DNA from: Paraglomus brasilianum
Taxonomy: Eukaryota
Length of the DNA: 53,064 nt
NCBI GenBank assembly: GCA_910592345.1
Contig: CAJVPI010000111.1
Coordinates: 1-53,064 of the forward strand
Reading direction: 5' to 3'
A program made the position numbers and the translations under genes. Shown here in pieces: positions 11,385-24,238 of this stretch (position 1 is the stretch's first letter; each line of letters begins with the position of its first letter). The notes beneath the pieces were generated by a model. It was not told the DNA's origin. It did no database searches and saw nothing but the letters and a program-made list of their open reading frames with translations.

Positions 11385-13468
11385 TCAATCTCCCTGAAAT
11401 CCTAAAGCAACCACTAATCCATTGAAACATCCGACAACGACATGCCCACGGTCCATAGTCAAAGCTGTAAACTCTTTAAAGCTTTCGCTCTCCGCGTCCG
11501 TCGGATATCGTAGAGTTTTTGATCTTGCCTGCTCGTCCAAAAGTGTCAAATTCAACATGTTTGGTGTTGCATCATCATTGCTCGGACGCACCATTCGTCC
11601 TTTTTTGGTGTCGAATGCATATACGCGCGGTGAGCGCCCGTTCACGTTTGAAACTCCGGGTGGAAGGGGCATCGATAGTTGGAGGAAAGCGAGAGCAGAC
11701 TCGAGATCGGTTGACAAGTAATTTTTAATGTACGCCCAGGCCACAATACCTTTATCAAATGGAGTTGAGTAGAGCAAGTCGCCGGTGGGCAGAGCATATA
11801 CTTTGATTTCGTTGGTACTGTGAGTTACCAGGGCAGTTTCCAACATCCGGAAGTCGTTGGCCTATTAAAAACAAGGAGGAGAAAAAACGATGTGTTCAGT
11901 AGAATACAGGAAGAAAGACAATAGACCAATGGATAGAAAAGTTAAGGCAGACGGTGGTAGATATCTTACATCGGCTGATATAGTAACTACTTTCTCCCCC
12001 GTTATCCAATTCCATACGATCAAACTTCCGTCGAATGCACACGAAGCTACATACGTTTTGTTGAGACTAATACACCTTACTGCGCTCACATGTCCGCATA
12101 ATTCTCTTATAAGCTCTCCGGTTTCCATATTCCAAACAAATGATGAACTGTTTGTTACAATGCGATCGATTAATGAACGTGTGGATAACAGCTAATCCAC
12201 CAAACACCCAATGCTCAGCCCCGTTTGACAAGACATAAAGTATGCGATCCCTACCGGAAAAAGGTCGACGCAGCCACGATCTTCTCCTTTGGCAAAAAGT
12301 CCACACAGCTGAACGAATTACCCATCAATACTCGTTTACAATGTCCAGTTTCTAAATCCCAAATTCTTACGGTCCGGTCGGCTGACGCAGTGACGAGGAT
12401 ATTGTCTTTTAATCTCACATCGCTTACGCGAGCATTATGACCTTTTAGTACTTTGATATATTTGACCTGTCCTTTATACCAGTTTATTTCTCTACGGTAA
12501 AGTTTGCGATAGACAGTCTCCCACTCTTCGTTGGGAATGTCTTTCATTGGGTATGGGACTCCATCGAGAAGACTTTCGTATTTGTTGCGCCAGATGGTCC
12601 AGTCCTTTGTTAAATTACACCACAATTTGCTGACCTGAGTTGTCAGGTGAAAGAGAATGAGGAATAGAAGATTAGATTAAAGGAACCATGACGGTTTTGT
12701 AGTATAACTCTAGTGCATGACACCTTATATCATTAGGTGACCAAAACATTTCTCATGTAATTTCCCACCCTTGTTGTTACCATCAAGTAAAACGCGCTCT
12801 TTTATTTACTGGCGACTATTTCCTGCAGACTTATTAGTAATGCATTTATAATATAATTATTGGAATAATAAAATTCAGGTTTGCGGGATACCAAATGAAC
12901 GACTCGCACCACCTCGGTATAATATTCTACTATTCAAACACGCATTCATCATGTCGAGTTACTCCCTTAGAGAGACACTTTGCGTAAATAGCATTGCATA
13001 CTTGAGATTATTCCCCGTGTCTGGAGACTTAACAAACTCCATCCAGCTCAATTATGGTGCCCACCCATGACCTTATAATATGCAGTGTTTCTTCTACTCT
13101 CTCCTTGTCTCGTGATACACATTTCTTATAACCTGATCAATACCTTTCTACAAGCACATATATCTCTCGCTTCCAACTGAATAAATATCTTCACTGACAG
13201 TTCATGTGGTAATGCTCCAACAAGATCAAAGCCATTCAACCCTATTCGCTGTAGTTTTTGCTGAAGTATGTAGAAGTCATATGGATCACACCGATCGAGG
13301 ATAGCGTTCAAACTATGAGACGTTACGAAAGAGTCAAAAACCAAGAGAACGATTTCGCATGTGTGTATGTGTTATGCGATCATAAAATACTTACAATGTT
13401 TTTCGCTGTTTCTTGTCGATCGTGGTGAAATTCGCCAGTACCTGTTCGAACTCTGAAGGTAGGTCCAT
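11385..13468 (-). CDS. F-box/WD40 protein (SCF substrate receptor), multi-exon
   Basis: MDLPSEFEQV start; F-box FDLVGALPHELSVKIFIQL..CRK | VSKLW; WD repeats LKGHNARVSDV..TASADRTVRIWD and LCGHVSAVRCI..SCAFDGSLIVWN. Confidence 0.9.
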
Positions 13469-15267
13469 TTTGATTCAGAATGTTTGAAGACGGACGTTTC
13501 TCGAAATTCTAACAGCGACGTCCGAAATGTGAATTGCTGCGTTGTCGATCTTGATACATTTCCATAAAAAGTAATAAATTTGACAGACTGTAAATCATCA
13601 TCATATTTATAAATCATGGTTGTACATTCACATGGAATACTCTCGTCAGATCATGTAGAAGTGCGCAAGCTAGTCTTTGCGCGCGAGGGTGATTGTCATC
13701 TGATTTTCTCTCAAATGACGGTACATGCACCTCGAATCCTCGAATGACATAATTTTTCATGACGTAATATAGTGATTGTAGCCTTAGATTAATATGCATT
13801 CCTCTTATAGTTCGGAGTATTTTGCATAATACACGTACTCAACTGGTTCTGGTACGTTACCGTTTGGCCAAGAAACTAAAATCTCCCTATCGATTCTATG
13901 TCAAGTTAGTAGAAAAGATGCTCTAAATAAAAGGGATCCGTTATTACTTGCTTCAGGGTGTCGATATACGCGTATTGTGAGCAACGGCATATTTTACGCG
14001 TGTATTAAAATTTATTGGTTATACAAGAAACACTTACGCACAAAAATGTAAGTAGATGAGGTGTTTCGAAGACTTCCAGCGCTGGCAGGACCTGCCGAGA
14101 TTGGGACGACAGAAACGACTCTCGCCCTGCCAAGAAGAAAGGGACAGGCAACTGCATTGGTTAATGCATGACAGGTATTTAGTATAATTGAGTGATCCTT
14201 CTAATAAGCCTTAGGGCAATAGTTGTTGTATTTGGCCGCCGTTCGTTGCCAGAAATTTAGTATTGCTGGACGTTGGCTTCTTGCTTAGTACTTGATAAAA
14301 TAGTCGACAAGAAGATACATCATTGTATGCGCAGTTCAAAAAACCGTTGGGACAGAAAAAGATATAGAGAATACACGAAAGAAATGGCTTCGTGTGGTAA
14401 CACATAACTATTTGTTAAATGCATTTATTACGTGAAACTCATAAGTCGGCCAACAGGAGTTTGTATATATTTTTTACAATATGGCGTTGTTTTCAAAAAT
14501 GCCAAATTTGTTCAATATTTGCCTGAAAATTAATCATGTACGAGAGAATATATCTTGAGTATTTTCACCATTCATTACTACGCTGGCACGTTAACCACAT
14601 TTATTGACACATTAGAACATTACTGAGTAAATAAGCGTTGTATCTGTATACTCGTTATTAAACGCACGCGCTCTTACAATCATTATTACCCGGATGGATT
14701 GTAACATATCAATAGTAGGCATTACTATTTCCTGCATGATCTCCGGAGAGAATCAAGGCTCCATCAAGCAATGCCCGGAGAAAGATTCCCCGAGCGCCAT
14801 ATCCATTACAGTTCCACAATTCCGGCACTTGTACACCTCGGACCCTCCGGCTCAACTCTTTTTCTTTGAGTAGGCACAAAAACATAAAAATGACGACAAA
14901 CATCCTTTCAAGTGTTCCGTAATACAATAAAGCATTGGTGCAGTATAAGAATCCGCCAAGCGTTACACATTAGCTATGTTCGCAGAAATCTAATGATTAT
15001 AAGTAGACAAATATAGTAGTCGCTATTTTAAGCTTATTCAAAATTTTAATAGATCCACTTAATGATAATCATTATTAGACGACAGTTGAGTTACTAGTAA
15101 TACATTAATTAGCACATCCGTTTCATCTGAGAGATGATCTTATATCACACAATGCTGTATAATTAACCCTTTTATTAGAGTAGCATTCAATAACTATAAT
15201 GATAATAAGTGATATAATGATAATGTGTCGTGTGACCTGCTCAACGGCAGTTGACTAGACAAATTAA

Positions 15268-16834
15268 TTATCTGTTATTAACAACCAACTCCAGGAACTA
15301 TAGAAAAGAAAGCGGAGAGCAAAGAATGAGCGGAAGCAATTGGCGATCAGATGCTACGATCAATAACAAAGCCAAATTATTGATTGAACATACCTGTTCG
15401 TAGTTGATCGTAATCCAACCATCGTTATCAGTATCAAATCGTCTGAAAGCGTCCGTGAGCGTCTTCACAGTTACACACGATTGCTAAGAGAGAGATATAC
15501 AAAGTAGCCATTAATACATAACGTGATCGCTTTCTTGAGCCCGCACAATCATTGCAACTTTCTATACCATTTCAAATCTCTTGCCCCCATCTCAACTTAC
15601 CACAAAGTTGTCGAATGAAACATCCCCTCTTCCTGTTGGATTTTTTGTACCCCCTTCAAATCAGTTAATCCCACGCATTCATCCACGGTTAAATCAAATA
15701 ATGTCAAAAACAATTCTATTTCCTCATCTTTTACTTACTCCCATGCCAATCGCTTGACAGTCAAAAGTTAAGGTTTGGTCTTGGAGGTAGTATGAGGATT
15801 CAGAAACGAAAAGAGGTCCATAACTTACCATGTTTATCATACTTCTTAATTAGAAGATTAATAAAGTTATCACTCAAGTTGTAGCCAAATGACTTGAGGG
15901 CTGTCTTAAGTTCTTGGAAGTTGATAGTTCCTGACTTGTCGGCATCAAAAGTCTGGAAGCAACGTTTCCAGTCTTCTATATATTTCTGCAGATGTACAAT
16001 TGATTTAGCAAGACTTTTAAACAGTCTCATCACTCGTTACTAACATTATTCCATTCTTTATAATATTCTCATTGATGATCGCCTAGTTGACTCATTCTAG
16101 TCACCCATTATTGATTGAAATATCACTTACCCAAAGACCAGCAAACTCACTGAAAGTAATTGTGCCAGTATTATCTAGAGATGGGGACAATCAGAGACGC
16201 CTCGTCAGATTCGTTTTCAAATTTTATTGTTTCGACGGAAACAATGAAACTATGCGATCAATATCCATTTGATCTCATTCGCACAACGCAGACTCAATTG
16301 ATATCTGTCTCTATATTCTTCTATTAATGATAAACAATTACCGGTATCAAACATGTTCATCATCAATCGCACGGTTTCTAAGTTGAAAGGGCTCCAGTCA
16401 CCTACGAAAATAACGTCATAATTAAACATACACGTTTGTTATCAAACATGCGAATACAATATCAACGCTATATTAACGCATACCATTAATTAAGGCCTTT
16501 TGTAACTCTTCCGTGGTCAGGGCGCCGCTCTTATCCGTATCTACAGCCTGGAACCAAAAGTACAGCTGTGGGTCTGCCCCTGGTGGAGGACCAGTCATGG
16601 CTTGGGGACCGGGACGGCCTGCCGATTCGAAGCGTATGAAACGTAGTCACTTAATACAGTCCCAAACAGTTCTCAACTTTATATACACTTACTCTGTGGA
16701 GGCGGCGGTGTTGGGCGATATTGCTGCCCATAGCCTTGCTGCTGTTGATATCCATGCTGAGGTGGAGGTGCAGCACCATAATTCGGTGGGGGCGCACCAT
16801 ATTGCTGTTGGTGTTGGTTATAAGGATAGGCCAT
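15268..16834 (-). CDS. PEF1: Penta-EF-hand Ca2+-binding protein (peflin/ALG-2 family)
   Basis: Gly/Pro/Tyr/Gln-rich N-terminus MAYPYNQHQQQYGAPPP; EF hands DTDKSGALTTEEL, DADKSGTINFQEL, DTDNDGWITINYEQ; ends FLELVVNNR*. Confidence 0.92.
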
Positions 16835-18586
16835 AACGACAGTATGTGTGAAAGAAAGGGAACTCAAAAGCAGACTGATTTTACTGATTTTACTACTACG
16901 GCAGTAATACGTTGTACATTTTTCAACAATATATTGGATTGTACTATTGGAGCAATTTGGTGGCTGATTTTTTTATGACTAATTATATTAAGGGCGCGCT
17001 CCACAAAAACCAGACAAAGTAAACAATGTTTGGTGACGTTTGCAATTCATCAATTGGGCCGCGTCGCGCAATCCTTGAAAAAAGGTCGCATTTCACGCTG
17101 GACGCAACACCTCCTGCAATCAGGTCTGAACATTGACCATTTATTTGAGGCCTTGGAAATAATAGTGTAACCACCTAATTTAAAATTTTTTTATCTATTT
17201 TAATTTGTGTTTCCATGTGCAAATTCATAACATTCTCTAAAATTTTCCTGTTTGCCAACTTTTATCAAGAAACAACAAAACAAGGTAATGCTTATATGCA
17301 CAATAGATTCTCGGCTTGCATTATGAAAATGGAATTGAAATGAAAGCAGACATTCAAACGGCGATTGAATCAAATGAAAAACAGTTGAGCAGGGATATAC
17401 TAAAGCACATAGCAATAGTGTACATTTTTATGAAAGTGGGTTAGAAGCAAAGAGAAAATAAGAGGAATAATTGACCAGTACAAGAACACTAAAAATAGAT
17501 TACTAGAACCTATTGAGCAAAAGAAATATTAGTATTAACAGAAGCAAGAGCTAACTGGAAAAGAATTATACATGCCAGATAAAACTTATAAAATTCTATG
17601 CTACTACCATGAAAACAGATTTTGATATTTATTAAATTTAAAGTGTATTATTAATGGATGAATTGATTGTCGAAGAAATCAACCAAGGAATACCCGCCCG
17701 CAACAAAAGCATTTGTTAATCCTCTTTGTGGTAAACAGTAGCGAGTAAAGAAATTTAAACGAAGAATGAGCATTTAATTAATATGCATGCACATAAATTA
17801 TTAATATTAAGTGTCGTCACATGCGTAAGTTGATCGTTACCACTTTGAGATATGTACTTGTCTTGCCAGTGTTGCAGTATATACTGGAGGAAAAGAGTCA
17901 ATCTACACGCAGACCTTGAGAATAGCTTTTTTCCGGCCCTCATTCCGTATTGAGATAGCCAGGTAATAGTTCTTGTCTGTAATTAAAGCCCTCTGTCTAA
18001 ATAAGATCTACAGTGAACTTCCTAAACGGGGTGTTCGTGTAATATTCCATAATGAAATTATGTCCACGCGACTGTGAGGATGAAGAGCTATTATGTGGAC
18101 TATGTGATCCGCTTCATATTAAGAAAAATTGCACGAATCTGAATGTACTTTTTCTAGCACAAGGATTGAGAGAGATAAGGCAAGTATAAGTATGCTGCCA
18201 TAATCCTGTTCATAAATTATCCGGGAGTTTTGCTCCAACGCTAAATTTAACCTTTCACAAATTCATCAACCGGCGGTCGTTTTCGAAATTATTACGTTGT
18301 CTCGGAATTTTCAAGTAACTTTATTGGAAATTCTATAAATGTGTTATAATGCGTATGCTGGTGCACCAAGCACTGGTATACAACGATGCAATTTTCCATT
18401 GAGGCAAAAATACCGGGCTTGCAATTCGCTGTCGATAGCAAATACTTAATGTACGTACAAACGAGCAAATGAGCAGAATATGAATACTCGCCGCTCGAAA
18501 TGGTGTAAACGTAAACCCACTCCTTAATGGGGAATGCTTATGGGAGTAATAACTATGGAATCACCAATAAAGTGATGGCAGAGCAA

Positions 18587-18665
18587 CCTTGCTAACCGCA
18601 TCCTTGCTAACCGCATCCTTGCTAACCGCATCCTTGCTAACCGCATCCTTGCTAACCGCATCCTT
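18587..18665. repeat. Perfect 15-bp minisatellite (CCTTGCTAACCGCAT) x5
   Basis: Five identical units plus CCTT. Confidence 0.97.
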
Positions 18666-19113
18666 TCGCAGAAGAAAAGACTTTCTATGGAGATATTCGC
18701 ATTGGCCCCAAACTACAGAAATATGAATCATGCTCGAGCTGATGAAGAAGTTTGCTGTAAGATGTTCGTAAAGTTCGCTTCTACACTTTTTTTTGTTGAC
18801 TTCATATCGCTCGAGGATGTTGTTACAGGATGTATGCACTTCAGCATATTCAAAGCCTTTGAAAAGTTTGACATTACAAATTATTTATTAGGCGTAATTG
18901 CAAGATTTAATTATAAAAACTATAAATTGTTTGATAATTTTGGGAGATTCATGGTATTTACAATAAGTCTCTAATTACAAATGCATATCCATGGTAAAAG
19001 GGAATGTACTATAAATATATTAAAAATCCTTTCTATAGTTCGTTGTTGGGATAACGTCGTCGGTTAATACGAGCATTGTCATTGCAACTCCAACCATACC
19101 TTACGAGCCTCGT

Positions 19114-22100
19114 CTACATTAAATGACGCAATGACTGCCGCGGTCTTGGCTTGTACATTAATTGAGGATTGAACGAAGATGGTAGAGTCTTCTTACTCTT
19201 AACTTTGGAATCTGCATTATAGAATCGAAATGAGGTGTTGAACAAGAATTGTTTGTAACTCCGATACATTGTTAGAGTGTATTCTTACCGTCAAGTTCAC
19301 CGGCTTTTGGTTGCACAGCTCGGAGTGTTTGTGAAACTGCATAGGAGGTATCCTATAATCACAATCATTAGGTATCATCTTACGCGTTGTTTCATATTGA
19401 CAAGAATGTTTTACTTACATCAAGGAAAAACGTCGCTTCTTTTGCAAGCTTCAACTTTGATCTATTCAGCTTTGCAGTAACCATCTCGTCAAAGTACCTA
19501 ATGTCGTGCTTATCTGGAGGCGACACCACTCGTTCATGAATGAAATGGGAGAATGCTTGTGAATCGACCAATCTGGATAGGAATGGCTACAATTTTAAAG
19601 GCCGTTAATTAAGATACAATCATTACTCAAAAAGAAAAGTTCTCCAGTTGTTTGGAAAAATCAACTAACCTTGGCTTCTTTCTCTGCTAATTTAAGAAAT
19701 GCATCTTTCTTGAACACTTCATTATCTTCCATTAAGGTTGTGAGACGTCTGTTATGATCTCCATCTTTATGGGGTCCATCAACACCACCGAGTTGAGTTA
19801 CTAAAAGATTTCTATAGTTACTCAATAAGGAGGCAAAGACGCGTAGAAAGGCGTCATGCACTTTTTGTTCATCAAAGCATGCCGGCATGCATGGGTAGAC
19901 AATGTCATCAAGACATTCTTCATGCGCCACCATCGAGCAACCTGTGGGGAAACAAACCGCATGGATTCGGTTTTGTTGTTATTAAAAAGTTAATATTGAT
20001 ATTACAAAATAAATTATTCAAGGGTTAATTCATATATTATCAACTGTCGCCTTTGTATGAATGCACTCTCTACTAACGGTAAGTTATTTATCTCTGACCT
20101 GAAATCGAAAACTTACCTTCGCATTTGAAAACAGTATTTATTCCCAAACTCTCTTTGCAGATACCACATGCAAGCCCTTCCAACATCCAAGTGGTAATTC
20201 CGTTTTGGCTACTATCATCATCCTCAATCTCAACCATCAAATGACCTTCTCTGGGCAAAAATTTGCGCTCTGTTGGTATACGTTCAGATGGATCGAATAA
20301 AATGCTTGAACCAGCATCATCATATAATGACAGATTATCTTGTTGGAGTGATTCGGGAATATTCATATTTCCTTTGGCATTGATTCCGCTGTTCTTCAGA
20401 CCAAATACACTCTGACGATTCAGTGTTTTGCTGCGCAATGACTGTGTGTACAAATCATTTAATAAAGGGAAAATGCACATAATAGACAGAACTGTAATGG
20501 TTTCGTACCATGATAGAATTGCGCGCACTGTTCAGTGTTCCAAAGCGATCTTTTGGCTTCCTGTTAAATTTTTCTGTCGCTGAAAAAATCTTCAGACAAA
20601 ACGATTTCGAGTCGGGTATTTTAGCAAACATAATAAGGGTACTCTTCACACTGATGCTATTCCATAAACTATGACCGAAGACCAGTATTCACCTTTTCAC
20701 TTTTGACACTCTTTTCACGGCCCTCCACTGCAGTAAAAGTGGAAAACCGCCTTTGATAACCAGGTGCAGGGACACTCTGTAATGAAAAATTGGATCTTGA
20801 GAACCTGTTGGAGACATAATCTACTTTCCCAGGGGTCGATTGGAAAGTTGGCGAAATCCCAGCTTCTGGTGGAATGTAAACATCAGGAATCATCACAGAA
20901 TTGCGATAATTATTTCTGGAGGGTGCTGCGAATGTCATTGGACTCGATCGAACTGGCATTCCCACAACTGAAGTGATTCGCTTATTTTGTTCAAAAATTT
21001 TTGATTTTTCAGAAATTGGCATAAACCGATTGTGTGGATATGCTTGCTGTATATAAAGAGGTGGACCAAATGGAATGTTATAATGGGAATGCAGGGGAGC
21101 ATAAGCTTCTAGGGATTGTACCAATTTACGTCTTTGTCTTGGTGGGACCTGGCAGGGCATTTCAGCAATCATTATGCAATCTTTGTCAAGGTCCACAATA
21201 CAAGCCTATTCATTAAAATAATATTTAAGTTACCGAGTCTTGGAGGGTAGCTTAGGTACGAGAATATAACAAATGTCTCTTACATCTTCAGGAAGTAGAT
21301 CCATTCCCTTGTATTGACGTTCAATACCCATAATATACGGTACAGGTGCCTTGAAAAAATTCATGGTCAATCTATGATTCAGAAATCAAGAACGTTGTGA
21401 ACATTACGATCAAAAATTGAAATATTGTATGTACCTGCACACATCCTAATAGTCGAGCCGGAAGTATTGGAATGAAAACCCCTTGCCAGGAGAGTGGGTA
21501 GATAAGATAACTTATGCTATGAGCCACAACAAATAACATATCCGGGTAAGATGATATCAAAAGTATTTTTTCTTCCGCTAGAGCAACCTGTAACATGGAA
21601 CGTCATTACATAAATTATCAATACGAAACGACAATCAATATGATCATTGCAAACCTCAAACAATGTCAAGATATTTTTAATAGAAAGGCTGCGGAAAAGA
21701 GTATATAGCGAAAACTGTAGTAAAAGTAATATTCAATTAGCCGTTGTTCGTCGCACGTATTGATCATATACATTCAACTTTATTGAGATTACTAACGTCC
21801 TTCATTATGGGAATTTGATTTAGTGCAGGCCTGGAACAGAAGAGTTGCGTGTCATCAACAGTAATAGCAACTTGAAGTCTACCGGGAGGGGGAAGCGGTA
21901 CCTCATGAACAATGTTGACAATATATCTAGAATTCAAGCGTAGACAGATTAATATTGATCCATAAGAAGTGCACCAAGATTATTAGAGAATTAAATCAAC
22001 CTTTCTAACGGCAAATTACGACTCTGTTGTTTGCTAGGTTTCAGTCCTTCAATCGACGAACATGCGACAGCACATAGCCAGTCCCTCATAACATCATGCC

Positions 22101-23637
22101 AAGGCAACTGACATATCACTCCGATGCATTTTGGAATCCATAAATTGCTGGTATCTATAACACCGAGCTTGGTCGGTTGCAAAAGCTGAGTATACAATGC
22201 AAGCTTCTCTTCCGCATCGACTCTTTCTCGCTCGGTCTCAGCAAGCGCCTGTGACGTCATCTGTGCTCCATGTTGGGAAATTCTCATTTGGGCCAACTTC
22301 ATACGTTGTTTTTCATCTCGAATTTTCTCGGCGAGATGGGCGCAATAATCGATTTCATTGACCGTCTAATAATTTCATATCAAAAGTAGGCATTGATAAA
22401 TATCATTTACATATAATTAATGAAAACCAAGTAAAGCTAGAGATGCTTACCAAGTTTTCCCGACACCACTTTTCGTGCAGGCTCTTAACCTCTTTGACAA
22501 GACGATCAGGCAACGGTTCATAAGTAGTCAAGCAACCACCATAACGCCTCGATCCGTCTTCTTGAGTCATTACCTATAAGACTATCGGTCAAGGTAAATA
22601 TGAACAACGTATATTGTAATATCAGCAGTCTGGTGACAAAGGATACAAAACCGTGATAAGTTGCAGAAGGAATTTCTTCGCTTTCCCATATTACTATGTC
22701 ATTCGGAAAGCAAAACTGGACAGATATCAGATTAATAAGTAAGGTCTTGAAGATGAGTTATAAATTCTTAGACGAATAAAGGATCAAAGTTTCCAACCAT
22801 AGGTATATAAGAGGGAAAATCTTCTTTGCTCGAATAATCAGTTGGCGGATAACGAGCAAGGAGACGTGGGCAAAATTTGAGTTTCAATGGATGATCCCCC
22901 TTATCAGCTGCTTCCTTGTCTTTCGAAATAGGTGCCACGTTCAAATATGACGCTTGATGAAAGTCAGATGTACTTTTGTTAATATTTGATGCCCAATACG
23001 TGGAAAAGCATAGACTACGACTCTCGGACGGAAAACGGTTTGAATACATGTCCGAGTCATACGTTCGATTATATTTAACCATTCTAGCTGTTTTCCATGT
23101 ATTGTTAAACCGGAAAAAAAATCCCACAAGGTTCTACTTACTTCGACGTTGATCATTCTCTTCTACAGTAACATTATTCTGGTGCCGAGGTTCTATAATC
23201 GTAGGCGTTAGGAGATCCGGCGGATCTTCGTCTACACTCTTCAAGCTATTACCCATATATAACGATCTTCCACGCGACGTAGAATTGTGTCTGTTGATAA
23301 ACGACATTCTATCACCGTGGGCGTCTTCTGGGACCTTGGACATAGAAGCTCGCCCAACAGACCTTAGAAATTCGTCGCGCTCGTGGTCGAAACGCGAGAT
23401 GCTAGAACGTATGTTCTCGAACAAGATGTCAGCGGAATGCTCACTCGCATTAGCGACATCAGCTAACCCGGCGTCATCACTGTTTCTTTGAATTGTAGTC
23501 GTAACAGTTGCTTTAGGATTGTGCAAGTCATCGGATTTGATTTCAATGTTGGGTGGTGACTTTTCCAGTAGATCTATGTGAAAGTCATTGGGCAGGCCGG
23601 CAAGAAAGACATAGTCGACCAATCTATCTGAAGACAT
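19114..23637 (-). CDS. DENN-domain protein (putative Rab GEF) with a C1-like zinc finger, multi-exon
   Basis: uDENN start RLVDYVFLAGL, PRLLARYP, FCFPND, FVMTQEDGSRRYG; cDENN EEKILLIS, LIYPLSWQGVFIPILP, APVPYIMG; CGIC..CEGC..HEEC..C; dDENN AFLRVFASLLSNYR. The stop position is my splice interpretation. Confidence 0.9.
22574..22646 (-). other. U12-type (minor spliceosome) GT-AG intron
   Basis: 5' splice site GTATCCTTT, branch TACCTTGAC about 15 nt before the 3' AG; removal joins ATYHGF|VMTQEDG in frame. Confidence 0.85.
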
Positions 23638-24238
23638 TTTGTTCTACTGAGCTTGAGCACACTCGCAGAGAAAGCGGCCGAATCGCTCAAAGACGGTACA
23701 AAGCAAAGCTAGCCACTGTGCAGGAAAAGGTTTGATAATCTAGGAGTAATTTTGGGAGTACAGAAAGGGTGTTTCTACAGAACCAGTCCTTGTGGAATGC
23801 CCAAGAACAAGAAAAGAGTGTGAAAGAAACGAGGAGTGACAAGCGAGTCGAGTGTCACCCAACGAAGATCTTGTGTGAGAGAATAGACTCGCCATGTGCA
23901 ACATGTTTAATGTTGAACGTTTGAGGTGTTTTGATTATTCGTTTCACAGTGCAATATCTCATACATTGTGCTACGCGGTCTTAAAATTCTGGTTACACAA
24001 CAATTCATAGCAATCATTAATATTAATATGCCTTTTTATTATCGTGGTATATACAATATTAATATTATGTACAGCAATCACACAAAGTCCGGATGCTATT
24101 GAATACACTGTGGAAGTATCATGTATACTTCTCTATATTATCCTAGGTTTTACAGTATTTACAAATGGATATTACTACTCTGAAATTAAGAATTATGCAA
24201 ACAAAAAGGTTATACAAACAGGAAACGTAGTCCGGTGA

